Origin: Hypanus sabinus
Taxonomy: Eukaryota
Direction: 5' to 3'
Assembly (NCBI RefSeq): GCF_030144855.1
Contig: NC_082709.1
Coordinates: 48,608,001 to 48,672,000, forward strand
Length of the DNA: 64,000 nucleotides
This document shows, in pieces, positions 1-10,924 of this stretch; the first letter of the stretch is position 1; each line of letters begins with the position of its first letter. The position numbers and the translations under genes were made by a program. The notes below the pieces were generated by a model. That model saw only the letters and a program-made list of their open reading frames with translations. It was not told the DNA's origin and made no database searches.

Positions 1-308
1 GGGGGACTCTGCTCCTACCTATCCCTCACTGCTGACGGGTTGTGCCCTGCTACCTACCCAGGTGTCCTGTGACCTGCCCAGGCCCCTGTGTTCCTGCCTG
101 GGAGGTCCAGGCCCTGCCCAGGAGTTATGCGGCCTGCCTTGCCTGAACTCTAAGACTCTCCTGGAACCTCAGAATCACCTTGAACATCACATCCCTCACG
201 CACACCACAGTCACCACATCTTGTCTATCATTTAGTTGTTCCTGTCCTGCCCCTAGTACTTCAGTGCCTGCATCCTGCACTTGGGTCCAGCCTCCTGTCC
301 CCATGACA
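1..308. mobile_element. C-rich repeat, possibly the end of an LTR, cut by the window edge
   Basis: Internally repetitive CCTG-rich tract ending ...ccccatgaCA, where AT-rich R4-like sequence abruptly begins. Confidence 0.35.
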
Positions 309-644
309 ATCTGTCATTTAAGTTCTTATTTTTAGTGTTAATCTAATATATCATGTTTTCTGAAATCTGCCATTTCAGTTCTTATTTTTCTTTATAAATT
401 TTCCAGATTTGTTTTAGAGAAAGATACTATGCCAAAAGAATATGTTAATATGGGTTTAACAAAGGTGTTTATTGCCTTTGTTATAATTTTAATGTTGAGC
501 TCCATTTGGCTGATTTTCTTAAGCCTTGAAGTAAATTTTGTCAAAAGTATTTCCTGTATCACACCGAGATCTATTTTCTTTCCTTGTTGATATCCCAGAT
601 ACTTGTCTGTTTCATATTCATCTATTGGTTGTATTGTTTCCTGC

Positions 645-1306
645 TCATCATCGTCATGTGCCATACTCTGCCAGAGCCTTGGTGACCACTTTCTTCCACT
701 GTGATCTGTCGGCAGTCAAACCTCTTGCATCTCTGGCAGTGAGGCTAGTCCACTTCTTGATGTTGTCGATCCAGGTTGTCCTCTGTCTGTCTCAGGAGCA
801 GCTTCCTTCTACTCTGCCTTCAAGCACAGTGCATTCTAGTGTGTCATCAGTTCTGGAGATGTTTCCAAAATAGTGAAGTTTCCTTTGGTTTCCAGAAGTA
901 TTGGTTTTGTGCCAATCCTTTCTAGGATGAAATTGTTGGATCTCCTTTCAATGTCGATACCCTGAGGATCCGTCTGTATGTCCACATCTCAAATACTGTC
1001 AACTTTTTTTCATCAGCTGCCTTTAGGGTCCATGTTTCACAGCCAGATAGGGATACTGTCCAGACGAGACTCTTGAGGAGGAGTATCTATCTTTCCAGAT
1101 GTTCCAGAGCTTGGTAGTGCTTGTGCATGCCATTGCTAGCCTTCGTCTTATTTCCTTGCTGCATACGTTTGTGTCATTTAGTTCTGCACCAAGGTATATA
1201 AAGAAGGACCCTTGTTCGATCTTGTCATTTCCGATATAGATGTCAGCTTGAATTGCAGTTTTGTTTATCACCATAACTTCGGTCTTTTTGCTTTTTTAAT
1301 TTTTTT
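645..1306 (-). mobile_element. 5'-truncated RTE-clade LINE
   Basis: FIYLGAELNDTNVCSKEIRRRLAMA...CETWTL is typical of the RTE C-terminal region. (GAT)n tail at ~645-657; 11-bp TSD with one mismatch (ttgtttcctgc 634-644 / ttgtatcctgc 1307-1317). Confidence 0.8.
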
Positions 1307-1728
1307 TTGTATCCTGCTGCTCTGTTTTATATTCTACTAGCTCTATTGCACCTTCCTTTATGTTTAATGTTCTGCATTTACCCTGTCCAAAGTTCATGTT
1401 TGTATCTTTCAAAACTAGTTCTACTATTTGAATTAATTCCTTTAGCTTTACTGATGAAGCAGTATATAATTTCAAATCACCCATGTATAGAAGGTGTGTT
1501 AAGGTACAGCTCGTTTAATTGTTTATGATTTGATACCCAATTTTTGTACCATTTAGTAAATTAGAGTGGAGGAGTTTAAAGCTAGACAGAACCATAGTGG
1601 ATTCAGAATTGACTTGAAAAACACCTCAGTTTAACTTGATAAATGGTAGTTGTTCTTTTTTGGTTGTAAATAGGATGACTTTAGTACATCAATACTTTAT
1701 CAGATGATGAAGGAGTTCCACAAGTTTT

Positions 1729-1743
1729 GGGGGGGGGGGGTGG

Positions 1744-1819
<76 letters not shown>
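1729..1819. repeat. G12 run followed by a (TG)37 microsatellite
   Basis: Directly visible; TG units span 1745-1818. Confidence 0.97.
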
Positions 1820-1822
<3 letters not shown>

Positions 1823-4505
1823 CAAAATATAGTATTAACCATGAGTGTGGGACAGAGTCAAATGCCTTTTGGTAGTGAAAGATTTCTGCTGGGCTTGATT
1901 TAGAATTATGTAATCTGTTATCAGTTGTTCCTTGCATCCTTTTATACCCTTCCGGCATCCTTTCTGCTCTTCTGTAAGTATATTGTGGTTAACAAGTTAC
2001 TGTTGATTAGTTATGAGGCACATGATGTTACAATTTTGGATATTGTTTGTAAAAAAGCAATAGAATGATATTTTGATGTATCATTTGTAACTTCCTCTTT
2101 AGGTAAAAGATATGTTCTACTTTCTGTTAAAAATTCAGGCAGTTTTCAGGATTTTTAGGAAAATTGTTGATGTATTAATAGGTACAGATGAAGGCAAGTA
2201 AAGTTTTTATACCAATAATTATGAATATTATCAGTGCCAATACCTTTCCAGTTGTGGATATTTTTATAACTTCTTTCAGCATATCCTTTCTAACTTCAGG
2301 AATTTGCATTTCATCAATCATGATTGTGTGTTCTTTTTCCTCCCTAATTCAGCTTCTTGATTGCTTGTCATCCTGTGCGACCAGATGTTAGACCAAAATT
2401 TCATATTCTCTTTGTTAGTTGGTAATTCTGTGCTGGGGTTATTGACATTTTGGTGTGTCAAATTTAGTTTCAAAGTTCTGTATAAGCCTTTTTCATCATC
2501 TCTGAACTGATAATTCTGTTTTCTTTGTCTGGTATATTTCATGTATTTATTTTTATGATAATAATAATTATTATTATTAAAACACATATTTTTCTCTGCT
2601 AAAGTTGGTAAAACCTGTGATACGGTCATAGCACAGTTATTTCTCAATTGTTATGAACTATCTAACTATTGGAGTGGTATTTAATATGGTGGCTTTCTGA
2701 AGATTTACATTAATATTGCTTTGTAGGTCTAACTTTTTAATGCTATTATGTAATGACTGAGATGATAACAGTTATAGATAATATATTGGGACAATATATA
2801 ATCTGTTCATGGTCCTTAGACTTTCAAGCCCCTCTTTTAACACAGATCATTTCTGGTGTTTGCATTTATTGATTTCTGATTATCTTGTGTGTTTGGACTG
2901 GCTATATCCATTAAATAAATTGCTCTTGCTTGCTTATTCTATACTATTATATCTGTATGGTGACTATGGGCAATCTTACCTGTTATATAAATTGTAGGAC
3001 TCTGACTTTAAAATTGGATTGTATTTATAGTAAGGTATGGCGTCTTTCTGAGTTTGCATTTTAAAGAAAGATTCTTGGAATGATATTTGAGACCTGATTG
3101 TGTCTGTAAGTAATCAGATCGAGTTAAACTGCTGCAGGATCCTGTAATTTGTTGGATTGCTTCTGGTTTCTCTTGTCAATTTTTTGCTTTTATTGTCTTG
3201 AATTTATTGGTCTTTTATAATGTATTCTGATAAATTTTTGTGTTAACCACATGGTCTTGTATTGTCACAAGGGACACCTCTGTTTCTGGGAAGAGGTCTG
3301 CAACTCTGAGCCAGGTGCTACATGCCTCCTTCCCAACAAGTAGTCTGCCCGGATTGTGGGAATGTCTTCCATGGAGGGTCATGCTGTTCCATTGAAGCTT
3401 ATCCATAGAAGTTTTATCTGACAGTTGAGTAAATTTTTTATGATGGTTTTTTCCTGTTCCTCCTTCTGTCCTAGGTAATATTAATCATAATATGTTTGAG
3501 TGTACATTTTTTAAACATTGTAATAGTACCATCTTTCCAAATTCCTCTGGTAGCTTGTTCCATGTACCCACCATGGTCTGTGTGGAAAATGATCTCCTCA
3601 GATACCCGCTTTCCCCTCTCATCCAAAATCTATGCCCTCTCAGCTTAGACTCCTCCACATGGGGAAAAGTACTGTCACCCTTCACATAACCTATGATTAT
3701 CATGATTTTTAGAAACTTCTGTAACGTCATCCTCACTCTGAAGAAATCTTTGTTTAAATATGTTACATCTCAGATTATTATTTCATGCCGTTCTATGAGA
3801 TGATATACACACTAGAGTTATTTAGCTGCAAGTTTACTGGGTCATTGATTTGCCAATTCCAGTGAGAAGAAATTTCTCAATACCACAACTTTAAATAATT
3901 ACCCCATTAACTTGCAGCTACGACAACTGTCCAAAGCCCCTTATGGTGGAAAGATCTCGACATCAACCTGGTTGTGCGCTTTACGTTATTATTTGTTTCA
4001 ATAAGAACATGCTGCACTCGACTCCAAAGAACACAGAAATGTGACTTCAATCTGGAAAAATTCTTCTGCCCTTACATTAGCATCCCTCAACAAGCCTTCA
4101 GGAATGTAATGGTCGTTTGCTCTTTGCCAAAGTGAAAAGCCTTGTTCTAATATCTGTTGTGCCTACTTTCAGAATTAAAACCCTTCACAGCACACTGCCT
4201 TGATTTAATTTCAGGTTAACTGAAAACCACAAAAATATGCAGTTTCATGAGATTCAATTTCAACTCAGATTGTGTTTCTATTTCAAACTATGATATACTT
4301 TCCATACATTTTTCATACTGTTATAAAATTAAGTGGTAAGAAGTTATTGTTACTCCAGCAGAACATGCCCCTGTCCTCTACTGGACCATTTGACGTATCC
4401 TGTTTTACCAAATGTGGTCCTCAGATTATGATTGCTGTTCTATTGTGATTTCCAGTGGAATCAGGATAAATGAATTAAATGAGCTGATAGTGTCATCAAA
4501 GGGAT

Positions 4506-4511
4506 TTTATT
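4506..4511 (-). terminator. Poly(A) signal, copy 1
   Basis: AATAAA about 50 nt after the stop codon; conserved in all copies. Confidence 0.85.
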
Positions 4512-4561
4512 GCATCCATAAATATTTCAACAGGTTAAAATCAGATTTTTAAGAGCCACTT

Positions 4562-6264
4562 TTAGAAGTCCCTCATGCGCCTGAAGGACCCGATCATTGA
4601 GTTGTAGCCACCCCAGTCACTGTATCTCCTGTATTCTCCGGGTCTCAGGAAGTACTGTCGGCCTCTGTAGTTGGGTTGTTCATAGAAAATCCAGTAACCA
4701 TCCATCACCTGACAGGAGTGGATGTCACGGTAACGGAAACGATCGTAGACAGAGGGACAGTCGTCCATGAATTCCATCATCTGCCCTGCAAAGTCAGGCC
4801 TCTCATAAATCCTCATCCTGTAGTTTCCTCCTCGGTACTAGAATAGAAAAAAAGCACTGTTTTAGTAATAATCTCTTGATGATCATTCACTCATTAAGCA
4901 TTACATCGGAACACCAATTCAGTCTTCAATGGGAAATAAAGTTAGATGCAATGTAAACATTTCATTAATTATCTGTCTCCAATTGGCACTGCTGCTGGTT
5001 CAAACATAAGTTAAAGGAAAACAAAGCAGAAAATGAGAAATTCTGCTTTTAGAGTGTAGAACATAGAACAGTAGAGTACAAGAATAGGGCTTTTGGCCCA
5101 AAATGTTCTGCTGAACCAATTAAATTAATAAATTTAAATATAGTTGACTATTCAAATTAAATCCCTTCTGCTTAAGTAACATCCATATCCTTCAACTTCC
5201 CTTACATGCATGTGCCTAAGAATCTCTTAAAAACCCCTGATGAACCTGCCTCTAACATTACCCTGGCAGCGTATCCAAACACCCATCCCTCTCTGTGTAT
5301 AAAACTTGCCCTTCACATCTCCTTTGAACATACACCCATTCACATTAAATGCATGTCCTCTGGTATCTCATATTTTAACCATGAGAAAAAGATACCGTCT
5401 ATCTATTCTATTTATGTCTTAAAAACCTCTGTGATATCCACTCAACCTCTGCCACTCCAGAGAAAACAACACAAGGTTGTCCAACATCTCGTTCTAGCAT
5501 ATGCCCTCGAATCGAGAAGCATCCTTCTACACCCTCTCCAACGTCTCGACATACTTCCTGGAATGGCGTGACCAAAATTGTAAGCAATAAGCCAGATGAC
5601 AAAAAAAGACAAGAAGCTGTTGGTGAAGGTCCCAGCATTCTTATCTCTTGCCTCTCTCAGTAACCTTGGTTATATCTGTCCGGCTCTGGGGACTTAGGTG
5701 CATTAATGCTCATTAAGAGACCCAACACTACCTCCTTCTTTACAAAGATGTCATGCAGAACCTGCGCAAATCTTTAAGTAAGTAGGGGCTCAGCTGTGCT
5801 TTCTTCGTAATTGCACAACACTGCATTTAAATAAAAGAGCTTATTTAATACCTATTAGACAATTGCTGGCATCTTCAGAGACAAACTGCAAAGGATCAAA
5901 TACCCTGAAAAAAAATAGAAACGTACGTATGTGAAGCTGCGACAGGACCTGATTGTGTCATTGAATCCCATCCAGCGCTGGTAGTCAGGATACTCTCCCC
6001 TGCTCAGGACATACTGGTATCCCATGTAGTTGGGTCTCTCATACAGCACCCACCAGTCACTCTCAACACGGATGGAGTTACAGCGGCTGAAGTAAGGGGA
6101 GAGGTCAGCACAGTCGGAGCTGCACTCATAGTGCCGACCCTGGAAGTTCCTGTCCTCGTAGAAGATGATCTGTGGGAAGAAACATATCTGTGTTAATAGT
6201 TGCTCAGGTGTTCATGGAGAATTCTCATTTAATTCATTTACTGAGTAGTCCTTGCCTTTCCCAT
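4562..6264 (-). CDS. cryg: Gamma-crystallin copy 1 (175 aa, intact); exons 6264-6256, 6169-5927, 4837-4562
   Basis: Spliced translation MGK|[81 protein letters not shown]|[23 protein letters not shown]...GSFRRMRDF*. Four Greek-key motifs and the classic 3-exon gamma-crystallin layout with phase-0 introns (GC-AG 86 nt, GT-AG 1089 nt). Orthologue not assignable from sequence alone. Confidence 0.96.
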
Positions 6265-6321
6265 TTTGAACACAGTGAGTCTGGTAACCAGCTGAACGTT
6301 TCACTGCCGAACACAAGCTGG

Positions 6322-6329
6322 TATTTATA
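6322..6329 (-). promoter_or_regulatory. TATA box, copy 1
   Basis: TATAAATA about 58 nt upstream of the ATG; identical in all seven copies. Confidence 0.85.
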
Positions 6330-7029
6330 TGCAGGGTCGAAAGGCCTCACTAGGCAGTTTCTTGTTGTTCTGGTGACATCAGCAAAACACAGCAAAATCC
6401 TTTTTTTCATTTATTGTAGAAAAACAACAGAAAGACATTTGTTGCATAGATCCTTTCAGTTGTGCTTTCTTATCATTTTAATTGTCATTTGAACCAAACA
6501 GTTCAGGAAAATTCACAGCTACGTATCACCCTGGTCCATTTATCTGGGTCAATGTTGCATTTTGGCTCTTTCCCAAATGCCTAAATTGAGGACATACCAT
6601 ATTAAACTGAGAAATACTTTTTGAAAATCCACCTATACTGCTTTTTCTCCACAGTACTAATCAGCTACTTCTATTATTTCATCAACTAGTTCAGCCAGAT
6701 GAGACAAACATGATTTCTCTTCAATAATATCTGCTGCCTCTCCCTTCATAACCCCCTTGATCCTCCAAGTGAGAGTTAATATTGCCTTTCACAGTGGTTC
6801 CTTGTAGTTTCCCACCTCCGGTATTCATTATGTTTGCCCACTTCTCTTGCTGAACACATTTAACATTCAAAGCCTTCCACTCTCCTGTCAGTGAAGAACT
6901 GTACACTACACTCAGCATTTCAATTACCTCCACACTCTGGATTTCCTCACCATCCTTGTGATACTCTATTCTCTTTAATTCATTTTCTGATGGAAGAAAG
7001 GCCAATAATCAATAATTCACTCTGATTGC

Positions 7030-9975
7030 AGCAATTGACCCCTTTTTATAAAAACGGTTTTAGATGAGTGTGCCTCCACAAAATCGTTCAGTGTCTTCCC
7101 CAACCAGGAGCTCCAGATGAACCATGAGATTTGCAATCTGCTGAGGTCCAGATCAGAGGTATTCAAGTCTGGTGACCAAGGAAGTTACAGGAGGTCCAGG
7201 TACAATTTCTGGAAAGCCATTTCATGAGCAAAGTAGCAAATCTAGACTAAACTTGTATCAATGAAGCTGGAGCAGGGCTTGAATGCTAACCCTTCTTACA
7301 AAGTGAAATCAAGTGACACAGGTGACAACAGGACATCACTTCCAGATGATCTCAGTGTCTTCTATGCTCATTTTGACCATCAAAACATGGAGTAATCATC
7401 ACAAACTCCCACAACTGCTGATGACCTTGTGATTTCAGTCTCTGAGGCCAACATGAGAGCATCTATCAGGAGACTGAATCCATGGAAATCAGCAGCCCCA
7501 GATGGGGTACTTGGCTAAGACCAGTGTTGATCAACTGGCTGGACTGTTCACTGAAATCTTTAACCTCTCTCTTCAGCAATCTGAGGTATACACTTGCTTC
7601 AAGCAGGCTTCAATTATTCCTGTGTTTAAGAACCTACCTCGATGACTATTGTCCTGTAGCACTTACATTCACTGTGATGAAGTGGTTTGAGAAGTTGATG
7701 ATAAAAATAACAACTCTTGCCTGAGAATGACTTGGATGCTCTTTACTGACCACAGCTCAGCATTCAATACCATCATCCCCTCAAAACAAATCAGTAAACT
7801 GGAGTACCTTAACCTCAGTACCTCTCTGTGTAATTGGATCCTCGGTTTCCACACTTACAGACCCCAGTCAGTTTGAATTGGCAACAAAGTCTCGACCCTA
7901 ATCTCCATCAGCTAGAAGCACCACAGGACTGTGTGCCTCGCCCCCTGCTCTACTCACTTTACACCAATGATTATATGGCTAAGCATAGTTCCAATGCCAT
8001 ATTGAAGTTTACTGATGACACCACTTTGATAAACCAAATCATAGGTGGAGGTAAATCAGAATATAGGAAGGAGATGGAAAATCTGGCTGAGTGCAGACCA
8101 AAGCGCTGATTACTGACTTCAGGATGAGAAATCTGGAGGGCCATGAGCCAATCCTCATCGGGGGATCAGAGGTGGAGAGGTCAGCAACTTTAATGTGCAA
8201 TGTTAGCACCCAGGAGAGGACCTGTCCTGTGCCCAGCAGAGCTTATTGAAGGCAAATCACATTTGACTCATCCGGCTGAATTTGCTGATGAAAGAATAGA
8301 GTTGGCTGATTAGTGTTGTACAATTATGGAAAACGCACAGCAGAGTCTCTACTTAACTGGAGGTTTGCAAAGATACAGCATGGCATCTAAATCTTTGACA
8401 AACTTATATAGACATGCTGTGGAGTGTATAATGACTGGCTGCTTCATGGCCAGGTATTGAAAATCCAAAGCCGTTGAACAGAAAATACTACAAAAGTGAC
8501 AAGGTGTCACACATGAGGCTGCTTAACAAGCTACAAGCCCAAAGTATTACAGGAGAGATTCTGGCATGGATAAAGCTTTGTCTGCTTGGCAGGATGCAAA
8601 GAGCGGGAATAAACTGGTTGGCTGCCAGTGACTCGTGGTGTTTCATAAGGGGTTGTGTTCGGACTGATTCTTTTTATGTTATTGGTCAATGATGTGGATG
8701 ATGGATTTGATGGCTTTGTACAGATGATATAAAGATACGCAAAGGGACAGGTAGTTTTAAGGAAGTAGAGAGGCTACAAAATAACCAGACAGGCTAGAAG
8801 GATGAGCAAGGCAATGGCAGATGGAATGCTGTGTTGGCAAGTGTATGGTCATGCACATTGGTAGAAGAAATAAAAGGGTAGACTATTTTCCAAAAGGAGA
8901 GAAAACTAAGGCACAAAGTGACTGTGGAGTCCTGTGTAGGATTCCCTAAAGGTTAATTAGGAGTCTGTGCACAGGAAACCAAATGCAATGTTAGCATTCA
9001 TTTCAAGAGGACTAGAATAGAAAAGCAAGGATATAATGCTGAGATTTTGTAATGCCCAGTATTGTGAGCAGGTTTGGGCCCCTTATCTTAGAAAGGATGT
9101 GTTGACATTGGAGACAGTTCACAGGAGGCTCATAACATTGATTCCAGGATTGAATGGCTTTCCATATGAAGAACATCTGGTGGCCCTGGGCTTGGATTCA
9201 ATAGAATTCCAAAGAATGGCAGGTGACCTCATTGAAATCTATAGAATGGTGAAAGGCCTTGCTGGAATGGATGTGGAGAGGATGCTTCCTATGGTGGAAG
9301 AGTCCAAGACCAGGGGACACAGCCTCAGAATAGAAGGTATCCTTTTAGAATAGAGATGAGTAGAAATTTCTTCAGCCAGAGAGTGGAGAATCTGTGTAAT
9401 TCTTTGCAACAGGCATCTGTGGAGGCCAAGTCTTTATGTATATTTAAGGCAGTGGTAGATAGATTCTTGACTGGTCAGGGCATGAAAGGAAACAGGGAGA
9501 AGACAGGAAACTGGCGCCAAGGGAAAAATTGGATCAGCCATGATGAAATGGCAGAGCAGGCTTGATGGGCTAAATGGACTATTTCTGCTCCTATATCTAA
9601 TGGTCTTATGGTCTTACGAAAGGTAGTAGGTACAGTACAGACCATCATGAGTAAACCTTCCCCACCATTCAGCATATCGACATGGAGTGTTCTCACAGGA
9701 AAGTAGCGTCCATCATCACAAACTGCCACCACCCAGGTCATGCTCTCTTCTCACTGCTGCTCACAGGAAGAATGGACACGAGCCTCAGGACTCACTCCAC
9801 TAGATTCAGGAACAGTTATTCCCCCTCCACCATCAGACTCTTGAATCAGAAGGAATAACTTCACACAATCTCATTTACCCCATCTCTGAATTGTTCCCAC
9901 AACCTATTGACTCAATTTCAAGGACTCTTCATCTCATATTCTCAATATTTATCACTTATCTATTTATTATTATTA
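7030..9975 (+). mobile_element. Degenerate Rex1/Babar-like LINE, interrupted by a CR1
   Basis: FPNQE.., [43 protein letters not shown] motifs; 3' UTR ends in (TTA)n near 9970. Confidence 0.8.
8497..9615 (+). mobile_element. 5'-truncated CR1 LINE nested in Rex1
   Basis: DKVSHMRLLNKL and YCEQVWAPYLRKDVLTLETVHRR..; tandem (TATGGTCT)-like tail; Rex1 sequence resumes after the tail. Confidence 0.85.
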
Positions 9976-10131
9976 CTTTTTTTTTCTCAACTGAAGCTGG
10001 TAAAATCTGACGTATGGACATAGTCAAGCACATTCATTTCTCAGTTGCTAGGAACCTTCAGACTATTCTGGTGGTGTTTAGTATTGTTGTTTTCTGAAGA
10101 TTTACATAAATCAATCTTAAGATTAAGGTTG

Positions 10132-10334
10132 TGATACACTATCAATAACTCCAAAAGACTGAAAGTAAAGTAAATACTGAAAGGCTTTTGTTAGCAATAA
10201 AATGGAGCACGTCCATGCTGGATGACTGTGGGAGGAGCAGTGACACAATCGCCTTTATACAGGGGTCTGTGGGAGGAGCTACAGGAGCAGTCAGCAGAGG
10301 GACATGTCCAGACAGATATACATGGTTTACCACA
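10132..10334 (-). mobile_element. Solo LTR related to the LTRs of the 22572-23680 element
   Basis: TG...CA ends; perfect 5-bp TSD GGTTG (10127-10131 / 10335-10339); reverse-complement similarity to the 216-bp LTRs. Confidence 0.88.
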
Positions 10335-10339
10335 GGTTG

Positions 10340-10920
10340 TTGTAGTGGGGGGCAGTAATGGGGACAAGCTCCCACTACTTATTATATGCTTTCAATGGCG
10401 TGCGCCCCAAAAAGCCTCTGACAACCAAGTCCAGTTCCAGGCCTTCACATGTGGCTTAGCTACTAAGCCTGGTGGAACCATTTCTTCTGGCAGGAGAAGG
10501 GGAAAAGGTGGGTTACTGGTGACTTAAAACCAGTCGCTTCCGGCAGATGGGGCTCATTAGCCGTGGTTGGCAGCTCATCTAGGAGAAGGAAAACTGATCT
10601 CAAACTTCCACAGTCTCGCTGACATACCCACTCATGGGGAGGGCTTCGGGAGTAAACCCCAAATGGGAAAAATCCAGAGCTGGAGTCCCTAAGGCAGACC
10701 TACACTGAGTTCAATGTTGACTGGCAACCCAGTGACACTACTGGTACTAAACTGTATCGGTCTCTGCCATGCCTTAGGTTTCCTCATATGCGTGGGGGGT
10801 GGGGGGGGGGAGCTTGCTACATGGGCAACAGCTTGCTCTCCATATCGTACTGCCCAGGCTTGCATTTCTAGACAGGTGGGATGCAATACCCATGATCTGC
10901 TCTGACCGACGGAGGCCTCG
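10340..10920 (+). mobile_element. Non-coding interspersed element, probably RTE-derived and non-autonomous
   Basis: GC-richer insert within AT-rich R4 sequence; 5' hairpin gtagtggg...cccactac; ctaggagaaggaaaact motif resembles RTE 5' regions; no ORF. Confidence 0.4.
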
Positions 10921-10924
10921 GGCT

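Larger units (their letters stand above)
309..3480 (-). mobile_element. Degenerate R4/Dong(Rex6)-like non-LTR retrotransposon fragments (RT plus C-terminal region), interrupted by an RTE and a microsatellite
   Basis: Remnant motifs YQKAFDSVPHSWLI, (Y)MGDLKLY, MNFGQGKCRTLNI, KAINTFVKPILTYSFGI, LHGRH..WLRVADLFPETE..IQD; many stops and frameshifts. Confidence 0.75.

Noticed and set aside
1689-1958. His-Thr repeat protein
   Set aside because: Translation of the (CA)n microsatellite inside an R4-like remnant.
6170-6192. Upstream in-frame acceptor CACAG that would add ICFFPQ
   Set aside because: It lies only about 5 nt from the likely branch point (TTAAC) and has no pyrimidine tract of its own; unsupported without transcript data.
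6236-6241. Canonical-looking GT donor (CA|GTAAAT) at +15 of intron 1
   Set aside because: It adds 14 nt and frameshifts exon 2, and it is altered in copy 2. Only the GC donor yields the conserved MGK|IIFYED junction.
4562-6264. Specific symbol such as CRYGS or a teleost crygm gene
   Set aside because: The 3-codon MGK first exon lacks the gammaS N-terminal arm, and Met content (about 10 of 175) is modest. Orthology needs a phylogeny, so only the family symbol is given.
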